Shown here: piece after piece, positions 25,881-37,449 of the stretch
Layout: every line of letters starts with the position of its first letter
Position numbering within the stretch: position 1 is the first letter of the stretch
Assembly (NCBI RefSeq): GCF_020745735.1
Contig: NC_083419.1
Span: 76,868,738-76,932,737 of the forward strand
Direction of reading: 5' to 3'
DNA length: 64,000 bases
Source of the DNA: Hemiscyllium ocellatum
Lineage: Eukaryota
Notes under the pieces: model-generated
Databases searched by the model: none
Seen by the model: the letters and a program-made list of their open reading frames with translations, nothing else
What the model was told of the DNA's origin: nothing
Made by a program: the position numbers and the translations under genes

Positions 25881-28689
25881 AATAAATACAAAATAACCGA
25901 GCCTGAATTTGGGATGATGTTAACAGGATTTATTTCGATCTAAGCATAAACAGACTATTTTGACATAACAGGTGCAGACATCGACTTTCTGAAAAAGCAG
26001 CTCGAGCGATCTAAGTTGGCACCAATATGAGTTTGGTCAATACTGAGGCAAAAATACAGCACCCAATCTTGAGTGAAATAAATAAAGAAACTATCTTAGC
26101 CCCGAAACAAGATAGAGTGTATTAAATATGAACAAAAACGCAATTATTTTAGGATATAATAGAAAAGTAATTTATAGTGTATTGAAATGTAAACAGAGAT
26201 GTGACATTGTGTCTCTAAGCTAAATTGGTCATTTCTTCCCAGCTAAATTAATCATTTCAGAAATGCCTTTGTTAAGCTTCATGTATCATTCGTCGGTCCA
26301 CTCCACGAATCTTGCAAGGTCCTTGTTAAATTCTGAACTATCGCCTTCCTTGTACACAGTGATTGTTCGTTTCATGGTACAGCAAATTGTGAAGTTGTGT
26401 ACTGTACGCCAATGTCTTTGTCAAGACTTCAAAGCAATCACACCTCCAAACATTTACAGAATATCACTATGGATCTTCCATGAGTCCAAAAAAATGATTT
26501 CTCAAATTTGCTCACATATCTATTGTGAAGGACGTTTTCAAATAACTTGAAATGCAAATGGTTCACATCAATCTGATGAAAGTAGCATTTCATGTGTTAC
26601 ACCACACAAAAAAAATCAAGCAAGTTTGTTGTCACGAGTTGCTCTGAGCATGTCTACGTTACATTCTTTTATCAAACAAAACCATTTCCAAGGTTGTGAT
26701 GGTTCGTCTATCTTCTGTGCAAAGGTCTGAATTTTGTGTCTGAATGCAGATGTAACTGGCTGCTCTGGGTAAAAGTATAATTTGTGCCTTTCACAATGTT
26801 AATGTATATTGTTGACTTTAGTTGAATAAAGTGATGTTGTTCCAGGCAATGTGTGGCACCATTAATTAGACCATGAATTTCCACATCACTAGCCGGAGAG
26901 TCAGATGGAGTTTATTGATATCATTGAAACGAAGGCTTGGAATATTTCCGGTATGAAGCATGTTAATTAGAGCCTCTGAACTAGACAAAGTAGGAAAGAT
27001 TAATTTCGAATAGTAGAACGTTTTCAAGACATAGAAAGATCGCTTCACCAATCGCACCATGTTCACATGAAAGCAGAGCCTTCCAGCCAACACACACTTT
27101 GTGAGGATTTCAACAATAGGGAACATGATTTTACAATGAGAGGAGAAAAAATTTAAAAAGGTTATCAGAGACAAATTTTATACAGAGAATGGTTTGTGTT
27201 TGGGATGATTTGGTGGTGGATATTTACAACAATTAGGAGACATTTGGATAAGTAAATGAATATCAAATGTTTGGAAGGATTTGGGCCAAGTACACACAGA
27301 TGCGATTAGTTTAGTTTGGGATTATGACTGGCATGGACTGGTTGGACCGAAGTGTCTTCAATCATGCTGTATCACTCCATGACTCTATGACTATTTATTG
27401 AGTTTTCTCAATATTAAACAGTGCTGCAGTGATCCTCGAATGAACTGTTGATGTTTAGGTTGTGTCTGAGACTTTGCGGATATTTTCTTCCATGAGAGGA
27501 GGGACGGGTTCTCCAAGTTTCACAACTGAAAAATAAAATTTTCTCCAGTATTGTTGCTGAGTAGATTTGTTTCTGCAGAGGCAGTGGTTATGGTTTGCAG
27601 TTGGCTTTCCACCAACTAGTCAACAGTGAGACAAAATATATTTGATCCACTGCAGAAACTCCACCTGCTTCCAGTAAATGAACATGGGAACTTAAGGACC
27701 TTTTCTGCAGTCAGCTTAATTGCTGCCAACTATTGTATCTGGCCAATTAAAGGGAAAACGAATCAACTAAATAAAATCCTGCCAAACAAAGTATATTTTC
27801 CCAATTACTCACAATGGTTACATTTCACTTGGTATTTCTTCTTTAAAAAGGAAAGTCACTGAATTCAGCATTCACTGTATGACTATCAGAAAACAGGTGA
27901 ATGACGTTTTGGTTAGTTCAGCCTGTTTATTGAGTATCTTTAAAGCTCCTGAATATGAAGTTAATGGATCCAAAATCCCACATTGCAGTAACTTTTTTTT
28001 ATCATCTCAAAGTAAATCAACAGCGCATTTTTGCTTATTTTTATGAGTTATCTGCCCCTGTCAGAGCTATCGGTGAGCAGAAAAATGTATTGTTTATAAC
28101 CTACATTCGTGGTAATCATTATTGTAATTCTCTCTAATTTAACCAAACATTCCTGATGTACCCAGACAGTTACCTGCAATTGTTTAGCCATTCAGGATTT
28201 TTAAAAAAAAACCTATGGACGGTCCTGTTTAGTTCATTAGATGTTCTTTCAAAAGTTTACCTCGGTGTCATGTATCACTGCCAACTCACTTTTTGTTTCT
28301 CAGACACACAGCTTTCCTTTACAATGCATTTTAGGATCGGAGTAATTTGAAAAAAAAAATAAGGAGATACATTCTGCAATGTAAGGAGGTGCTTCTAACC
28401 TCCGGGTCCAAACTGTTTAGTGACACACTCAATCACTTTAGACATGCTCCATATTTAGGTTGCCTAAATTGAATTTAGAAACGCAGATTAGAAATGATAT
28501 GTTATTTTGTAATATGAGAGAGACTTTGATTGACAGCAAAAATAAAGTCACAAACATTGTTAGCTATTAATATTATTGAATTTCTTTTTAGCTTTATCTG
28601 CTTGTGCTTGAATGTCGAACTAAAGGGAATTAACCTCTAATTGAATATTCAGAATATAATAACATTGGACACGCTCTGTATTCAATTTT

Positions 28690-28864
28690 TAGATTAGATT
28701 ACTTAATGCGTGGAAACAGAACCTTCGGCCCATCAAGTCCACACCGCCCGCCGAAGAGCACCGCCGCTCCTACCCCCCGACCCATTCCCCTACACCTAAC
28801 ACTCCGCGAAATTTAGCATGGCCAATTCACCTGACCTGCACATTATTGTACTGTGGGAGGAATC
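28690..28864 (-). mobile_element. HE1-type SINE 3' fragment directly upstream of the VH TATA box
   Basis: (TAGAT) tail, GGAAACAG..CCTTCGGCCC and GCATGGCCAATTCACCTGACCTGCAC; similarity stops at about 28864. Confidence 0.85.
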
Positions 28865-28888
28865 TGTGAGCCTGCCCCTTCCGATGGC

Positions 28889-28897
28889 CATATAAAT
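28889..28897 (+). promoter_or_regulatory. TATA box of the IgH V promoter
   Basis: CATATAAAT about 90 nt upstream of the leader ATG. Confidence 0.65.
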
Positions 28898-28983
28898 CCT
28901 GGGCACTAGCCCGTAATTCAACACTCCTGCATTGGCTTTGTTTAGAAAGATCTTGGAAAAACCGTTTCCCACAAGTTATCAGA

Positions 28984-29032
28984 ATGATTGTGTCGACTAT
29001 TTTTCTCAGTTTGTTACTGACTTTCTCATCAT
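28984..29032 (+). CDS. IGHV: IgH leader exon (MIVSTIFLSLLLTFSS, phase 1)
   Basis: Hydrophobic signal peptide with donor T|GTGAGT; splices in frame to [11 protein letters not shown]. Confidence 0.92.
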
Positions 29033-29161
29033 GTGAGTGTTTTTTTGGTTCAAGTCTCTCTTTGGTTCTGTCTCAACGTTAGTCTACCGCAGGAATGTAA
29101 AATACACAACCATCATTTCATCTGCATTAATGCTCAAGGTTTATTTGTTTTCTTTTTAAAG

Positions 29162-29518
29162 GTGTCCAGTCGGAGGTTGTTTTGACTCAGCCAGATGCAG
29201 AGACTGGCCGTCCCACAAGCAGTCTGAAACGGACCTGTAAAACTAGTGGGTTCGATCTTAGCAGCTACAACATGTACTGGGTCCGACAAATTCCCGGACA
29301 GGGTCTGGAGTGGCTGGTACGCTACTATAGTCCATCCAGCAATAACTATGCACCAGCGATTAAGGGTCGATTTACTGCATCCAAAAACACTTCAAACAAC
29401 ATTTTCGCTTTGCACATGGGGAGCCTGAAGGTCGAAGACACCGCCATCTATTACTGTGCAAGTGGTTATAGCTGGAGTGAGTACTGGGGCCAAGGGACCA
29501 TGGTGTCAGTGACTTCAG
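29162..29518 (+). CDS. IGHV: Pre-joined VH-D-JH exon of a shark IgM heavy chain
   Basis: Acceptor TTTTTAAAG|; EVVLTQP...TC...[14 protein letters not shown]...[27 protein letters not shown] in one frame; donor G|GTAAG; no RSS between V and J. Confidence 0.96.
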
Positions 29519-29551
29519 GTAAGAACTTTGAACTTTCGTAGTGACTTTTTA

Positions 29552-29922
29552 AGATTAGATTAGATTACTTACAGTATGGAAACAGGCCCTTCGGCCCAAC
29601 AAGTTCACACCGACCCGCCGAAGCGCAACCCACCCATAACCCTACATGTACCCCCTACCTAACACTACGGGCAATTTAGCATGGCCAATTCACCTGACCC
29701 GCACATCTTTGGACTGTGGGAGGAAACCGGAGCACCCGGAGGAAACCCACGCAGACACGGGGAGAACGTGCAAACTCCACACAGTCAGTCGCCTATTTAG
29801 TAGTCAGAGAGCATTAGCTTTTGGATTGCAGGCCTGTTAGAACATAACAACATCCAAACATGAGAACCCGGGTTTCAGGCGCTGTAAGGCAGCAGTGCTA
29901 ACCACTGTGCCACCGTGCCGCC
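29552..29922 (-). mobile_element. HE1-type SINE variant, full length, with a 71-nt insert replacing part of the B-box region
   Basis: SINE 3' and 5' halves flank the insert at 29795-29865. Confidence 0.9.
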
Positions 29923-30389
29923 TACCAAGAACTTTCTTTTCATGTGACTATTTTCTGAATTAAATGAAACTCTGAGTCTGTGCTGAGTTTGGTTTGGTTC
30001 GGATTGATTATAGACTTCAGTTAAGGCTCAGCAAATAGTTAAAATGGTGATGATGGAGTCAATTGCTCTTTGGATCTCTTTTATTTTTATAAGATCGGCA
30101 TTCTGTGTGGCTGGGTTACTTGAAATACCTAATGTCTCTTAATCAGTCAGCTAAAAATAATGTTTAATGTCAGTGACACCCTGACTGTGAGTTTTATTAT
30201 CAACAACAAACGCTAAGCATTTAACGATGTTCAAAATATTACCAAACATGATTAAAATATGCTAAAATATCATTATTCATTTCTTGAATATATGTTCTTA
30301 CCATGATTATGCTTTCTCAATTATTTTGCTAATTTTGTTAACGGCAATCAGCTTACAAACTATCATAACATTTTCTCGCGGTGTTATAC

Positions 30390-30660
30390 TTCATTCTGTT
30401 GATTAGATTCTGAGTTTATTTTACTTGATTTGGTTGAACTGTGTTGATTGGATTTTGGCTTTGTTTTTAGTTGGTTTTGTTGAATTGTGTTGATTGACTT
30501 TTGAAATTGTTTTATTTGATTCTGTTGAAATGAACTGTTTGGATTCTTAGTATGTTTCATTTAAATCTGTTGTTTTGAGTTGATTGGATTCTGATTTTAT
30601 TTTCCTTGATTCTGTTGAATTGACTTGATTGGATTCGTATTCAGTTTGTGAAATTGATCT
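30390..30660. repeat. Degenerate T-rich minisatellite, 45-bp period, about 6 copies, in the J-C intron
   Basis: GTTG(AA) anchor at 30433, 30479, 30524, 30569 and 30614. Confidence 0.8.
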
Positions 30661-32154
30661 GCGTTTTCATTCGTTCTGTGTTTAATTTCTGTTGAGGAGA
30701 TTGTCTCTCTGGATTACTTTTCATTACCAACATTTGTGAAGTTCTTTTGTTTTTCATGAATCATTTCTGCATTAGTTAAACTTATATGACATATTTTACT
30801 CTGCTTGATTGAAAACATTATATCAGTTTGTATCGGTTGAAAATCAACTTTAGGCAGAAACGGGGATGTGTGAGAAATGAAGAAAAAAACGAGTTTTTAA
30901 TGCATTGACTTTTTTTTTAGAAATCTCAGGTCTAATTGTAAACTAACTGAATTTTGCTTTGAATAGCATCATTCAAAATAAAATTTGGGACTAAAATCTT
31001 AAACTGCAGAATTGATCAGATTACGTGGTTGAAACTAACTTAAAATTATAATGTGGTAATATTTGTCCATTCAGCAATTTTGTTTTGACCATGAAGTGAT
31101 TAATCAATATATGCCTCCAACCGCTCTACTGTGTTTTGCACAAGATTGTCGTGATCAAGAAGGTTGTGCAGGTTGAAAATAAATTGAATTGTTGCCAGAA
31201 ACGTTACAGCTTTAATGTTAAGTCCCCTCACAACAAGGGTGCTGTTATGACTTGTTATTTCTATTCAATTTAATCATTGGTTTGCTTGATTCTGAGCAGC
31301 TTTGTTAGACTTCAATTTGTTTTTTTTTGTGAGGTTACATCATGTTCTTGATTCTGTTGAAAATGTTTGCAGAGCTAGTTCTGCTGCAAACACATCGTGC
31401 TGTGATTTGTTGAGGAGGGATTGTGCTTGGGTAACATTAAATGTGTTATATTTGGGAAACCGTTTCTGGTTTCTACATTGTTTTTGCAATGTTAACATGG
31501 TTGGTGACGGTGAACCGCTCCAGGTTCCTCATTTCATGCAATCAGCATGCGAGTTGAAGTTTCATAAAGCCTATTATTAAGTGAAAGGCAAATCGCAATG
31601 GTTTTAAAAATTAAGGGAAAACATACCTTCTGGCGCCATTTTTAATTAAAAGAAATAATCAAGTATTAATGTAATCCATGCTTTATAATCCAAATTCAGA
31701 ACTCAACTTCTAGTTCAATCACAAGGTCTGTCTTTGAACGGTTTACAAGTCATAAAGAAATATTATGTTCCAATAATCCTTGCTCTTGAGCAAAAACGCC
31801 ATGACTGTGTTATAATTGATCAAGAAACACATTTCAATTCTGCTGTAGACTGCATACATATTTGCCTGGCTGGAAAAGATCATGAGCAAAGACCATTTGG
31901 AAATTTTGCTAAATTCTTTGAAGAGCAGATCAGTTTCACTGCTTGATCAGTTTAACAAATAACTTTAGTTAATTAATTGTTATGTCCCTGATTTAACTGG
32001 ATTTTCAGGATAGAAATACAACATTAACTTAATTATTTCATCTGCACAGTGTTTTAGGTGTTCCCAATCTGTGCATTTTAAATAAATCGTTACATTTTAC
32101 AACAAAATATCAACTGAAGAATCTGCTCACATCAGTTAAGTGTGACAATCATTT

Positions 32155-32445
32155 AGATTAGATTTCGTGCAGTATGCATCGGGCCATTTGACCCAACAAG
32201 TCCACAACGAACCTCTAAAGAGTTGCCCACCCAGATCCATTCTTCTACCCTAAATTTACCCCTGACTAATTCACCTAACACTATGCACAATATAGCATGA
32301 CCAGTTCAGCTGACATGTACATCTTTGAATTGTGGGAGAAAACCCACACAGACACAGGGGAGAATGTGTGAACTCCACACAGGCAGTCACTCGAGGCTGG
32401 AACCGAGCCTGGGTACGTGTTTCTGTGAGGCAGCAGTGTCCACAT
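32155..32445 (-). mobile_element. Older diverged HE1-like SINE
   Basis: TTAGATTAGA tail, CCCAACAAGTCCAC, GGGAGAATGTGTGAACTCCACAC. Confidence 0.75.
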
Positions 32446-35400
32446 TTACTTAGACATTCGTTAAAGCGGGCAACTCCAGACAGAAGCATGTTTTCAATTC
32501 ATAACTTTTTAAACATTTTTGAACATCAAAAACACTTAACAAGAAAGTGAACTTGCTGCTTTTCACACTGGAATCCAGTATTGACTTTATGCAATGCATG
32601 CAAAATCTCCACAGTTTAAGAAATGTTTTAAGAATATGTAAAAATAATTTAGAGAATAATCCATTTCCTCCGGATCTATGCTTTAATTGGCGATATTTCC
32701 TACCTCACTAATTTTGTTAAATATAATGACTTAGGAAGTTTATTATCTCAGTGGCTAGTTATGTTCATTGTAGACACATTCTTTTCACATTAATCTATTG
32801 GTTAGTTCCTCTGATGAATGTTCAATTACAGTGAATTTATTTTCCGTGAGAAATTGAGCAATGTATCTACTAGGATTAAGCCTGCTGTGCAGTTTGTTTC
32901 AGTGCTATCTCCGACCAACTTGTCAACAGTCCTGACCATTTGTAAATTGTTCAGTTCGTATACCTAAATCTCAGGCAGTTTAATTTCATCTCGCACTTCA
33001 AATCCACTTTTATCCGGCAGAAATGCAATATTCGAATGGGTGCTTCAGAATTGAGAGCCCTGACCATGTTGTTCTAATCCGAATGAACATTTCAGGAACA
33101 AAAGGGAGATCGCAAGAGTTTTGAAATTGGTTGTTGGCATCAAGAGATATTTGATTGAGCGAGGCAGTGGGAAATATGCTGCATATTTTCTTTGTGCCTC
33201 AGTTGTGCAGGACATGTTTAGTGGCACAATGCAGAAACTGAATTTTTTTTGCATCTTATTATTTGAAAACATATCATCAGCTTTTAATGTCACTGGCAAC
33301 AGTCATATTACAGTTCAAAACATTTTAATCTTTTTCTAAGTAGACCATCTGGTGCAGCAACATTCACAGGGGAAAGTGGAAGGGAGTTCTAGGGTGAAAT
33401 CCAGTGACAGTGAATTAATGGCAATGCAATTCCAGTTTTATTTCTGTGTAGTTCCCATAGAGTTTGAACAATTCGGAGCTGCTGTCAAAGTATTCTTGGA
33501 TAAATGTTGAAATGTTACTTTCATCGTGCAAACATTCTGGAACAATCCCTGGTTGTTGGAAGGTGTTAATAACTAACAAAGTTTATGCACTGTCAAACAG
33601 GTTGGCTGTGTTCTCCGTGACACTGTCGAGCTCTTTGTGTTTAGGTCTGTTGTGATGTTGTAGTAGGGTCCCTGTTTCTGTGCCAGGTTTCCTGTGTTCA
33701 CTTACAACCTGTTAGAGAGGTATGTAACAACATCTCTTATCAGATTGCTTCAGTGCAAGAAAGCAGATTGAGATGTTTGGGTTTGTTGGAATTCCACTCA
33801 CAGAGCCAGTGAAATCTATTCAATCGCTGTCCTGACTTGTGTCTCTTAGATATTAAACAGAATTTTGGTGGTTAGCAGCTTTTTCCAGATCAATGTTTGT
33901 TCACAAGCTTTTGGGCATCGCTAGATGGGGTTAATGGAGTAAGTACTCAAAGAAATCCCAGCTTTTGACTTGCTTTTCTAACAATATCATTTATAACTAA
34001 CCCAGAATGAATCATGTTCGAAGCATATTTGATGTGATTATGCTTAGGCTGTTTTACTTTATAGTAAACCAGTGCTGTAGCTAAATTTGATTGTTCAGTA
34101 CGGTGGGGGTTCCGCTGAACCCAACATTTGCAGCAGATGGTGATAGCCTTTCAATTGGTTTTCAATTAGTATTTCAGACCGTCCAGTATCTCTGCTAAGA
34201 ATCCTTTGTCCAACAGGAGTCAAGCAAACGTTATCGCTGTTTATCTCAACAGGTGTGAGCTCTTGCGCCAAAAACATGAAAACAATTTGGTGAAGAGGGG
34301 AGTCTCTGGATACGAAAGGTTAACCTTGCTTTCTCTCCACAGGAGCAGCCAGACCTGCTGAGTTTCTTCAGAAATTTCTGTCTTTATTTTGGTTTTCTAG
34401 CATTTAAATTGTGTTGTTTCATTGAAAAAGTTATGTTCGATTAAATACATTCTTCAGAGCAAAGATGCATTTGAACAAATTGGGAATGTTCAGAGAAATT
34501 AAATATCAGAGAATCGTTGAATTTGAGCGCCCTGATCTCGAGCTGTAGTTTCACAAGAAACTATTATGAAGTAACAACACATTCCAGAGTGCAATGTGTG
34601 AGGTAATTGTTTGGAAGTTATTTTGATCACTCATATAGAGAATGTTAATGATCCACTTCCAAATAATCAACAGAATTGTTAAAAAAACATGCGAAACAAT
34701 TAATTTGTTGAACTATTTTAATATAAAGTGATCACTGTCAACGCTAGCTTAATGCATGACACAATGATACGAAGGTAGGAGCAGGAGGTCTGCACTCAGT
34801 CCCTCGAGCTGTTCCACCACTTACTTAGATCATGGTGCATTTGTGAGCCAAATCCACAGGCCTCCCTTTGGCTAAACACTTTAACACCAATGATTATCAA
34901 GCCAAAAAACTATCCCAGATTTACTGATTCGACTGCTCATAACAAAGGGAGACACTATTTCTGAAAGACGTTTCTCTGAGTATTTAAAGTGACACAATGA
35001 GGCTGGAATTAATTGCCCATGAAAGTCAGCGTTAAATCTCTGAAAATTTCCAATTGAAACATTCCAATTATCATATTACATTAATTTAACACTATACTTC
35101 CCTGGAATAATGAAATATAATGTGTGATTGCCTTTCTAGAAAGGAGGGAAGCTTCATTCCTATTATATGATTAAGAAATAGTTCTGTTCATTCAGTGAAA
35201 ACACAGTCAAATCACACAAAAAGAAACCATGTCATCTTGTGTTGACACACAAGTGCCTCAAATGATTTTCAATTCTTCCAGTGGTTGTTTGACTCTCTAG
35301 ACAGGTGGAAGTGTCAGACTTTTTATATTGCCTTGAGAAACCAGTTGTCATCAGTTTATTTGAATTGCTGAAGTTTGTGTGGTCTTAGCACATTCACAAC

Positions 35401-35949
35401 GTTGTTAGGAAGTGAGTCCCATGGCTGTGATCGAGGAAGATGAAACGGCCAGAGAAATAGTTGAGAGTCAAGTTGAAGTCTTATTTGGAGGAAAGCTTTC
35501 AGGAGAAGCATTTACATGCATGCCCACCCTTATCATCAAGAATCTCAGTTTTGGAACATGCTGCCAAAGGGACATGTCAGCATGCAAAATGGAAGCTGAC
35601 GAAGGCAACTCGGCCCCTCAGGAATGGTATTCCATTCACAGGATCATCGTTAATCTTGCTGCTCACCAGTCTTCGCAATACACCGATAACATTGAACCTG
35701 ATTGTTTACTCTTCAAGAAAAGAATGGTGAACCTTTGGAATTCTCCGCCACAGGAATTGATTGAGGTCAAAGCATTGAATGATTTCAATAAGAAGGTAGA
35801 TTCCTTCAATCCTCAAAAAAAAATGCTACGGATGTGTGGGAGAAAGGCAATCAAGCTGCAATATTGGATGAAAGCCATGAAAACATTGAATGTGGCCTGG
35901 TTTGTAAGTTTCCACGTAACGCCAAAATTGGTGGTATAATTGGCAGTGA

Positions 35950-36540
35950 AAGTTTTCTAAACGTACAATGTGATCTTGATCAGCTGGGCCAATGGGCTGA
36001 GGAGTGGTAGATGGAGTTTAATTTAAATGAATACGACGTGTTGCTTTTTGAGAAGACAAATCAGGTCACAACTTACAGAGTTAATGACAGGGTACTGGGA
36101 AGTGATGTTAAATACAGGGCTCTGAGGGTTCAGACTCATAGAGTCTTACAGAGTTAATGGTAGGGCAGTGGGTGGTGATGTTGAACACAGGGCCCTGAGG
36201 AATCAGACTCATAGATTCTTGAAAGCGTTGTCTCAAGTAGCTAGCGTGTTGAAGGTGTTTGGCACTTGTACTTTCATTGTTGAGAGCATTGAGTGCAGGA
36301 GTTGGGGATTCATGTTGTAACTGTACAAAATATTGGACTGAACTGCCAGAGGACGTGGTAAATGCAGAGATAGGTACAACATTTAGAAGACACTTGAACA
36401 GCTACAGGAACTGGATAGGTCTAGATGGATATGGGCCAAAGTCAGGCAAGTGGAATGAGTGTAATTTGGGAACTCTGGTCAGCATGGATGAACTGGACCA
36501 AAAGAACTGTTTCGGTGCTATATGATTTTATGACTCACTG
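35950..36540 (+). mobile_element. Old CR1 3' fragment
   Basis: Degenerate RT C-terminus and 3' UTR (ATGGGCCAAA...GGACCAAAAG). Confidence 0.7.
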
Positions 36541-36630
36541 ATTTTATGGTAGAGTAGGCTCAAAGTTGGAAGGTGTGGTGAGCAAGTGAGGGGCTAGATT
36601 GGGAATGTGGGAGAGTTTGGTTTGGTAGGC

Positions 36631-36930
36631 TGTGGCACAGTGGTTAGCACTGCTGCCTCACAGCGCCTGAGACCCGGGTTCAATTCCCGACTCAGGCGAC
36701 TGACTGTGTGGAGTTTGCACCTTCTCCCCGTGTCTGCGTGGGTTTCCTCCGGGTGCTCCGGTTTCCTCCCACAGTCCAAAGATGTGCAGGTCAGGTGAAT
36801 TGGCCATGCTAAATTGCCCGTAGTGTTAGGTAAGGGGTAATGTAGGGGTATGGGAGGGTTGCGCTTCGGCGGGTCGGTGTGGACTTGTTGGGCTGAAGGG
36901 CCTGTTTCCACATTGTAAGTAATCTAATCT
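36631..36930 (+). mobile_element. HE1-type SINE, near full length
   Basis: A box, B box GGGTTCAATTCCC, (AATCT)n tail. Confidence 0.92.
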
Positions 36931-37449
36931 GTGAGGTGTTGGGTGGGTGCTCGGTAAGTTTGCATGCACCCTGTTTGGCAAGGTGGCATCAAGGTAAATT
37001 ACAATGGTCACTGAATAATTTGGTAGAATTGTGCTTGGTAGGTTAAGGGTAGTTTGATCTGAAATGTAGGAGGTCTGTCTTTGCCAGGTTGGTTTTTGGA
37101 GAGATCAGCGGGGTACCAGGCTGCTTTGTGGAGAGGTGGGCAGAGTGCAAATGCAAAGCTCGGAGTCTGGTAGATTGTAAAACACAGATGCGAAAGGAGC
37201 TGGGATGCAATATGCACAGGTTGACTTGGCAAGATGAGAGATCAGTGACCAAGGGCTGAGGTCATGCCTCGGATAGTGGGCTTCTGTCAGAGGTTGTGAA
37301 AATTACGGTGCCAGGTCCAGTCAGGGCCAGATTCACCATGGGCCAGATGCAGGGTGACAGGAGTGGAAATGAGTGAAAGGAATTGAGATCTTATGTCCAT
37401 CTGGAATATAGAAGATTGCATTGCAGTGCCCTTCAGCTGTAGATGTTGC

